A DNA stretch of 64,000 nt, taken from the NCBI GenBank assembly GCA_951406725.2, contig OX597815.1, positions 81,158,001 to 81,222,000 on the forward strand. The letters are read 5' to 3'. Of the stretch, positions 51,946 through 64,000 are shown in pieces (position 1 is the stretch's first letter; the number at the start of each line of letters is the position of its first letter). A program made the translations under genes and the position numbers. A model generated the notes under the pieces. The model saw only the letters and a program-made list of their open reading frames with translations, had not been told where the DNA came from and made no database searches. Source of the stretch: Octopus vulgaris (taxonomy: Eukaryota).

Positions 51946-53743
51946 TGTGTGATGGTGGTGGGGGTTATTTGTAGGCCATTAAACACATATCTCTAGAAGA
52001 CAGAGAGAGAGAGAGAGAGAGAGATAGGGAGAGAGTTTCAAAAGAGATAAATGAATAAAGAGAACCGGTGTGTGCTTGAGAGAGTAGGTAGGTAGGTAGG
52101 TAGGTAGGTAGGTAAGCGGGTGGGCGGATGGGACATCTCCCTCCTCCTCCTCCTCTTCCACATCCACCATCACCACTTCAGAAGAGAGGTAGGGGTGGGG
52201 GTTGGCGGGTGGAGATTGAGGGGTGATGATGTTCCAAATAGCATTCCACAGTGTAACATGACACTGTGATATGAATAAACAAAGAACACCGTTTTCACAA
52301 AACATTGTTTGTAGGCATGCAGCCCAGTGACATGTCATATTCTCTCTCTCTCATATATATATATACACATATATATATATATATTTGTATGTGTGTGTGT
52401 AGGCGAATACAGGCATACACACAAATCTACAATCACACTAATATATATATATAGAGAGAGAGAGATAGATAATAAATATATATAAACAGTTATATACAAT
52501 TTAAGCATTACTACACACATATACATATAGGTACATACAATGCGTGCGTGTATACAAATATATATACACGCCGACACATTACACACATGCTCAAATACAT
52601 GTACGTATTTTGAGTACACATACACTCACTGTGTGTGTGTGTGTGTGTGTGTACGTGCCCAGCGTGGTGTAAATGACCACCACACACAGATGTATGTTAC
52701 GCTTCTGTTTATATATGTAGTTGTAATACTTGTAAACAGTGTTCCATTTTATTAAAAACTGCTTAGTTCCAAGGTCAGCTATAGTAGTAGTAGTAGTAGC
52801 AGCAATACCATCACCACCAACAACAATTCATGTGTATATACACACATATGTTTAATATTTGTTGAAAGAGGCTGTGTGCGGCCACTTGACTTGCTAGAAA
52901 TAATAACCAAATCACTTTATAATCTTAGAGAAAAGAAAGAGCACTGCGGTAATGTAGCCCCCCAGAAAACGTTGGATCTGATTGCTCAGGGCAGATAAAG
53001 ACCAACAATATTAGCAGAAGGTCTCCCCCCCCACCCCATTTAAGGAAACCCTTTTTTTTAAGAGGCAATTAGAATTAATTGTAGTTCAATGCAGGAGTAA
53101 ATCATCTAACATGAAACATTAAAAAAGACAGAAAAAACTCTACAACGGAAAGACCCCCACTATGTTTAGTATAAAGTTTATCAACTTTTCATGCTAACAG
53201 CACTCGTAATGTATCTTAAGTTTACCCGGTGTGTAAGTTATGCTCGACTATTTCTCTATTCTTTAATACAATAACTTTATTTTGAATTTGACAGAATGTC
53301 ATGCCTGAACAAAAAGAAATTTGATTTTTTAATACGTTTCTTTCTACTGAAAATCTCAACAAATCTTTAAAAAATTAGTTTTTGTTATACCCGCTGTTCT
53401 TCTGAAAACTTGGAATACACACGCCCCAGCCCCTCACGAATATATATATAAGGAGATGATAAAGGGAAAAATGATTATCTTATGAACTTCATTAGGTTAC
53501 GGCTGTTTCTGCTGTGAGATGCAGTTGACTCATAGTTGAGTGCCAGAGTAACAACCTACAGACAGGTTCATCAGAACCTCATATACTCCAATGGGGTTTT
53601 AGACTTTGTGTGAGTGTGTCTATGTGTATTATACACATAGACACATGGGCAGTGTTCGACTTTCCCTACAATGTTTTTTTTTTTAGCTCTACATGCTATC
53701 ATTTATAGGTTCATACACGTTTCAAATTCCATCGTTCCGAGAA

Positions 53744-53789
<46 letters not shown>

Positions 53790-54579
53790 CGTGTTTTATA
53801 GCTAGAAAAATACGTACGATTAATGTAGCCTAATGATATTTACACATGCGACTAGTATTTCTATTATATCGACACTGATAGTAAAAGAGCAGAGTAGAGA
53901 CATCGGTGGAATTTGAACACCGAATGTAAACGGCAGTAACTAGATACCACAAGGTATTCTGTCATCCAACATTTCAATATAAATCAACATAATGATTTTT
54001 TTCCTAATGTTGCCAGGTCAAAAACTTTGAAAAGAAGCACAGAACCTTTTCGTCCTTGTTACTTTTCGCTACCACCCATTTCATCTCTAGTGGAGTGGTA
54101 ACAGTTTGAACCTCAACTTACAACGTAATAAACATTATGAAGTTGTCCCAAAAGTTCGTAGAAAGTCTTGGAAAATAATGGTCTTTATTTTGAGGGATGA
54201 TTTTTGTTGTTTTTGTTAGTAGCTGGCGAGTAAAAATTCAATTTTCGCAAGTGTTTACGAACTTTTGGGACAACCTAATATTACGAAATGCTAACAAGAG
54301 GAATGAAAAGAATAGGCGCATGCGTTACTGTCTGGTGAGAGGCTTGCTTCCCAACTACACGGTTCAGGGGTTCAGTCCCACTGTAAGCCACGAGCCGACC
54401 GAAAGCCTTGTGAGTGGATTTCGGTATAAGGAAACTGAAGCACGTTTCCTTCTAATGAAATCCACTCACAATATTGTTATATTTCGGGTTAGTCGTTTTT
54501 TTTTGCCGAAATACAACAATATCGGTTTCAACACACGATTTCACATTAGGAATCTTGCAACACAAATTGATAACCACAT

Positions 54580-54638
<59 letters not shown>

Positions 54639-54752
54639 TATCAAATTTAAAATAATAAGGGTGAAAAATTGAATATTTATTTGATTAATATCAATTTAAA
54701 CCAGTGGTCTAGCATATTGAAAAATCTGAAGATTCAGAAAAATTTGTAATGT

Positions 54753-54863
54753 GATAGATAGATAGAGAGACAGACAGATAGATAGATAGATAGACAGATA
54801 GAGAGGCAGACAGACAGACAGATAGATAGATAGATAGACAGATAGAGAGGCAGACAGACAGAC

Positions 54864-54922
<59 letters not shown>

Positions 54923-55003
54923 CAGATAGAGAGGCAGACAGACAGATAGATAGATAGATAGATAGATAGACAGATAGAGAGGCAGACAGATAGAGAGGCA
55001 GAC

Positions 55004-55072
<69 letters not shown>
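54753..55072. repeat. Compound (GATA)n/(GACA)n array with recurring gacagatagagaggcagaca unit
   Basis: Direct reading. Confidence 0.95.
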
Positions 55073-55073
<1 letters not shown>

Positions 55074-55619
55074 GGTGGTCTCCACGACAAAAGTGTGGAG
55101 ATACATACACATGCATGCTTTCCCCACAACCGATGTTGGTTTAAGTTCCCGTAAATTAGCAGTCTCGGGGGAAAGAGAACGAAAAACCATATAAATACAA
55201 GGCTTCTTTGTGTGTGTGTGTGTGTGTTAGAAAGTATTGACAGCGATTCGTTCGGTTAAAACCTTACGAGGCGGTGCCCCAGCATAGCCACAGCCCAACA
55301 GATGAAACGAATGGAAAAAGAAACGATATATATACACATATATAAATATATATATACATATATACGAAACAGTGCTTCAATAAACACCGATACAGAGAGC
55401 AAGAATTTCCTCAAAGAACATCTGAAAAATGGGGGGAGGGGAAATTCTTCATTTGTTAGTTGCTTCCCTTGGATCATCAGACTTTACCCAGAATTTCCAT
55501 TGACGGAAAGGAGTCTCTTCCATTTACTACTACTACTACTACCAATCTCTGCGGTTCGCCCCACCAAGCTCTCTACATTACTGGGAGTGTGTTTATTTTA
55601 ATATAAGCCGTATTTATTT

Positions 55620-56130
55620 AATACACACAGATGAAGATGTGAGGGTGCGCGCGCGATTTTGGTTATACACATGCAAATATAAGAGAATGATAAGCGAAAC
55701 TCGCTTCTGTTTACACATACGTCTATATACGGTGCATGTGCACGGAGAAATTATTTCTCTTTCTCTCTTCCTCCCTCTCTCCTTTACCGCAACACACACG
55801 CACCGCGCGCGCGTGTGTGTGTACGCGCGGGTGCGAATGTCCGTATAGTGTTTCCTCCTCACCCACTATTTCAATGCTTTTCAAATCTGCAACCAGCTTC
55901 TCTCTCTCTGACCGTTTCCTGTCTCTCCTCTTCGTCTCAGTAAATTCCTGTCCAACAACAGTTTGATACTGCCCTCCGACCAAGATTTCTGCTACAAAAA
56001 AAAAAAAAAAAAAGCCCCTCGCATTTCGCCTTCTTTCCTTCAAAAATAAGAAAAATCATAGACTTCCTTCTACAGTCTCAGTTACTCGTATTTACCGGCG
56101 CAGAACAACTCATGCGCTTTACAGAATTTT
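55620..56130 (-). promoter_or_regulatory. CpG-rich promoter-like region of the minus-strand gene
   Basis: Highest CpG density in the window by eye (gcgcgcgcg, cgcgcgg, accggcgc, catgcgc), surrounding an exon with a good donor. Confidence 0.5.
55863..55991 (-). other. Candidate first or early exon (129 nt if the poly-T acceptor is used)
   Basis: (t)18 gtag|CAGAAATC...ATAGTGG|gtgagg with a NAGNAG acceptor. One frame is open (AEILVGGQYQ...SIEIV) but has no ATG. Confidence 0.45.
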
Positions 56131-56352
56131 ACCTATACGTGTGTGCATGTGTGTGTGATATGATCGTCATTTAACATCCGTTTTCCATACTGGTATGGGT
56201 TAGGTCAGACGGAACGAACAGGGGAAGCACGCACACACACCCATAGTGAAGAATCCCACCAAATTATTATTATTATTATTATTATTATAATTGTCTAAGA
56301 TGTCATTCTCTTTTAGTGAACACTCACCGGTTCGATTCCCACTCATTTTTCC

Positions 56353-56389
56353 CTAAAATTTTCGTTGCGCTTTGCAACCTTTTCAATAG
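56353..56389 (-). ncRNA. Minimal hammerhead-like motif, U3-A8 core variant, in a Penelope-like fragment (about 56290-56400)
   Basis: Minus: CUA-UUGAAAA-G-GUUGC(AAAGC)GCAAC-GAA-AAUU-U-UAG. Confidence 0.45.
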
Positions 56390-56635
56390 TCGTTGACTCT
56401 CTCTCTCTCCATATATATATATATATATATATAGTGTGTGTGTGTGTATAAATAAAGCTTACTGTTAACAGTCGGGATGCTTGGCGTTCAGTTACTCAAT
56501 AAATGAAAAATGCATCAAATACTACAAACCGTACACATAGGAAACTGAGTATTAGTATTTTGGTCGATAACTAATGAAGAATTAAGGTCCTTCTGTATCT
56601 GTACGTGTACGTTTTAGTAGTATTTAATGCATTAC

Positions 56636-56668
<33 letters not shown>

Positions 56669-58490
56669 CACATCTCCCTCTGTCTGTCTGTCTGTCTTTC
56701 CCATACACTTACAAGCACACATCCCAATAACGCATACGTGTATATAGACAGAGAGACTGAAAACATTTTGGAATTACTAAAATTGGTTATGAAACTGATC
56801 AATAATCATCAGTACTACCAGACTTTCTGGAACTATCAATGGTAACTCTGCCACATGGCACTGGTGGATATGCAATATGATGCTGCTCTTGATCGTGTCA
56901 CTGTCTAGCCCTAGACCAACATTGATTGAGTAATATCTTTGGAAAATATTTTATCTGTGACCATGTCACCTCCTAATGAGACAGTCTAAGTTGGGAGGTT
57001 CTGACTGGAAGGATTCTTTGGCTGTTATTTCTAGAAATTTCTTTATTGGCTCACAAGCCAAATTCGTTGATTTTACAGTGCGGATAGCTTAGTGATTGCA
57101 GTGGTCGTGGTCGAGTAGTGGTGCCAGTGGTAATAACAGTAAGGTAGAGATGCTGGTAGTGGTGAAACTATAGTAATAAGGGCATAGTTGGGATGGTAAC
57201 AATTATGGTGCACAAAGGTGGTAGTTGTGGTAGGGAAATCCTAGTAATTGAGGTATCATGAAATCTCCAGAGGTGGTATGGAGACGAGCTGTGTGGTAGC
57301 AGTATGTATGATAGAGTGGAAAGCAGGCAACATTGCCACAGGGAGATCAAATATGGTGTATTTAAGAGTTATATAAAACCCTGGCAGGACAGCGATCTGG
57401 CATTCCTCATCTTCCATTCTGTCCTGTCGGCAATAATGTAAGGTGATGAAACAAAAGAACTAATTCAATGATGACAGTGGTGAGAAAGAGTGTATAAGCC
57501 AAGATGACCAAACCAATGAACAAATATCAGTGGAGACCAAGGAAGGAGTAGTACCAAAAGATTTCCACCCTTTTCTATCTCTGATGAAGTTAAAACTTAA
57601 AAAAAATTTAAAAAAAAAAATTTAAGTTACACTACAACTTTATCAAAAAATGCTGGCACTTCATTTCCTTGTATCTAAGTAATAAAATAATCAAGCTCAA
57701 CACTGCTAACCTTCACCTGAGATCAATGATGACATCACCTAAATATATACCATTGTAGGACATCTACAGACCTCATTCTGGCTTTGGAGATTCATTACAT
57801 ACAACTCAACAACAGACTGGTGTTCTGCCTCATCCAAGATTATTTCTCATCCTTCCATTTAATTCATGACACTGGAAGCATGCACCTTCTTGTATCCATG
57901 CTTTAAGAAGACTAGGTAGCTGCTACCACAAGTGCATAAAATTACAGGCATTGTTCCATGCTTTGTTTTCACTATATCACCAAAATAGTTGCCACCTCTC
58001 ACTTGCAATATGTATTCTCACAAAATTAGAAAAGGACATACACTGAGAAAATTCCTCCAATTCTCTAAAATCAATCGATTAGCCCCATTCACAACAGGTT
58101 AAGAGTTCTCTTTCTCTCTTTCACACACATACAGCCCTCTTTTATCATTTCTCTCCCTCTCTCAAGTTGATCTCTTAATTATAGACGCATACGCCAAAGA
58201 GTTGTTTTAAAAATCATCACCGTAGCCACCATCATCATCATCATAAAAGGTGATACAGTTGCAAAACTGTTTGAGATTTAGACATCAAATCCTTCTCAAC
58301 TCAATATAATAAAACACTGGGAATTACTGTGATCCTGGCATCAATGTAAGAAATCCTTATTATTGTTATTAGCAACGGTCTTTCGTTCTCTTCAGGGTCG
58401 ACGAAGTAAGCACCAGCTGAGCACTGGATTAATGTAATTGACTTCCACCACGTCTTAAATATCAGGACTTGTGCCTATAGTAGACAGGAT

Positions 58491-58794
58491 TCTTCTTTCG
58501 CCCTTTTTCAAGCCTAGCCAGGCTCATGGGCACGGTATCTATGGCCTATGTGTTTCCCCCAGCTGGATGGGACGCCAGTCCATTGCAGCATTACCCAAGA
58601 AACAGGAAGAGAGAGTGAGAGGAAGTTGTGGCGAAAGAGTACAACAGGGGTCAACCCTCCCCCTGCTGGAGACTTGTGGAGCTTTTTAGGTGTTTTTGCT
58701 CAATAAACACATGCAACGCTCGGTCTGGGAATCGAAACCGCGATCCTCCAACTGTGAATCCCCTGCCCTAACCACTGGGCCATTGCGCCTCCAC
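58491..58794 (-). mobile_element. Young tRNA-derived SINE with 9-bp TSD, inserted in the tail of a family A SINE
   Basis: Head tggaggcgcaatggcccagtggttagggcag, B box ggtttcgattccc; TSD agacaggat at 58482-58490 and 58795-58803. Confidence 0.85.
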
Positions 58795-59022
58795 AGACAG
58801 GATGATTAATTATCATTATTATTCATGATCGCCAAACAGTAATAGTAATATTGCTACTGCTGCTACATAGCATACAGCAGATCCACACACACAAAGTGCA
58901 CCATTCATTTGTGCTTATATAGATACATACATATATATATATATGTGTATATATATATATATATGTGTTTATTTTAATATAAGCCGTATTTATTTAATAC
59001 ACAGATGAAAATGTGAGGGTGT

Positions 59023-59122
59023 NNNNNNNNNNNNNNNNNNNNNNNNNNNNNNNNNNNNNNNNNNNNNNNNNNNNNNNNNNNNNNNNNNNNNNNNNNNNNN
59101 NNNNNNNNNNNNNNNNNNNNNN
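59023..59122. other. Assembly gap (100 N)
   Basis: Direct reading. Confidence 1.
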
Positions 59123-59309
59123 CAGCAAGACAAAAAGCTGAAACTACACAGCAATGCAGTTAAGAAGCAACCCATGTATGCACATACGCACACACACACA
59201 CACACACAAATATACGGACAAATGTATATATATTGCATACATATAGATATATATAAATATCCTAGAAACAGCTGTAAGACCCATGGTTTTTTATCCTATT
59301 ACGCAAAAA

Positions 59310-62987
<3,678 letters not shown>

Positions 62988-63892
62988 TAGAAAGCACAAG
63001 CTGTGCACTTTATTTTTCATCAAAATACACTCAAATACACACTTTCACTCACGCATCCAGAAAATACAAGCACAGCAGATTGCGCAAAAATATTGAGACT
63101 CACTCACTGAAATAAAGATCACACACACGAAACCACAATAGTGGTTAAGAGGTGGTTTCACACACCTCATGACACTGGAATTCCTGTACCAGGGTTGTAC
63201 AACCCTGCCGGTTGCACCTTATATACACCAGCACATGTGTATGTGCACACACACATTCGGGAAAGTTAAAAATACTACTATCATTACACTTTAAATGTCA
63301 CATACAACATCTAGAAAATGCATGCATTGCAGATTACAAACCGTAAACGCATGTACATATATATATATACACATGTATATATTTTTCATGCATTGGGTCT
63401 ACCTTACAGAACACACACAATAAATATAAATCTTAAAATCACACAACTGGGAAATTTTTTTTTTTAAATTACACACAATATCTCATATAACCATACTGCT
63501 TTCTGTAACACACACACAAACACACACACATTACATAATCAGTCTCGGAAGATGTAGAAAAAAAAAAAAAGAAAAGAAAAGAAAAAGCAGCTAACTCAAC
63601 AAAAATATATCTCTTCAGAATCCAAAGAGAACAGGACAGCAACTGCATCTCTCCAACACCAACATCATCATCATAACAAATAACAACAACAACGACAACA
63701 ACAACGACAAGCATCAATCAGCATCATAACGCTCATCGTCGAAAACTATCACCATCATCATCATCATCAACAAACACCACCCATGCAACAAAACAAACCA
63801 CCACCACCACCACATGGAAAAAAACGCTACACAAAAAATGCCACAACAGCCTCATTACCATCTCCACCACCACCACCACCACCACAAACAGC

Positions 63893-63923
<31 letters not shown>

Positions 63924-64000
63924 GAAATAAAGATTGCTGGATTTTTACATACTTGAGAATTTTTTCCCTTACTTGCAGTATACATAGCCTGGTAGTTTCA

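Noticed and set aside
54700-54750. Possible further hammerhead (ttgaaaaatctgaagattcagaaaaattt)
   Set aside because: Stem II and GAAA cannot both be formed in register.
58720-58794. tRNA-like sequence with A and B boxes
   Set aside because: It is a SINE head continuing into a body and TSD, not a tRNA gene.
63190-63207. Perfect 18-bp palindrome cagggttgtacaaccctg
   Set aside because: Could be collapsed hAT-like termini, but there is no target-site duplication and it is near chance expectation.

Overview
AT-rich, repeat-dense animal genomic DNA, most likely from an octopus. This rests on my recognition of the SINE, MITE and LINE families and the extreme (CA)n/(TA)n/(AAT)n load; I ran no database search. 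Almost all entries in the ORF track are microsatellite translation artefacts, and no long genuine ORF, tRNA, rRNA or CRISPR array is present. The window looks like the 5' part (long introns) of one minus-strand gene whose conserved body is not visible here, so I cannot name it. It has a CpG-rich promoter-like zone near 55.6-56.1 kb, one convincing 84-nt coding exon (27094-27177) and several short candidate exons. Several of these would give alternative N-termini that all end in splice phase 2. The rest is tRNA-derived SINEs, TTAA-flanked piggyBac-type MITEs, Helentron/DINE-1-like elements, 3' remnants of RTE, R4/Dong and L1/Tx1 LINEs, Penelope-like termini, a 100-N gap and about 3.6 kb of TA/CA satellite. 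The best leads are at RNA level: a textbook recursive (ratchet) splice site at 47281, a 50-bp inverted templated insertion bracketing one exon with two A-C mismatches, and variant-core minimal hammerhead motifs. All exon calls are by-eye predictions, and repeat boundaries are approximate.
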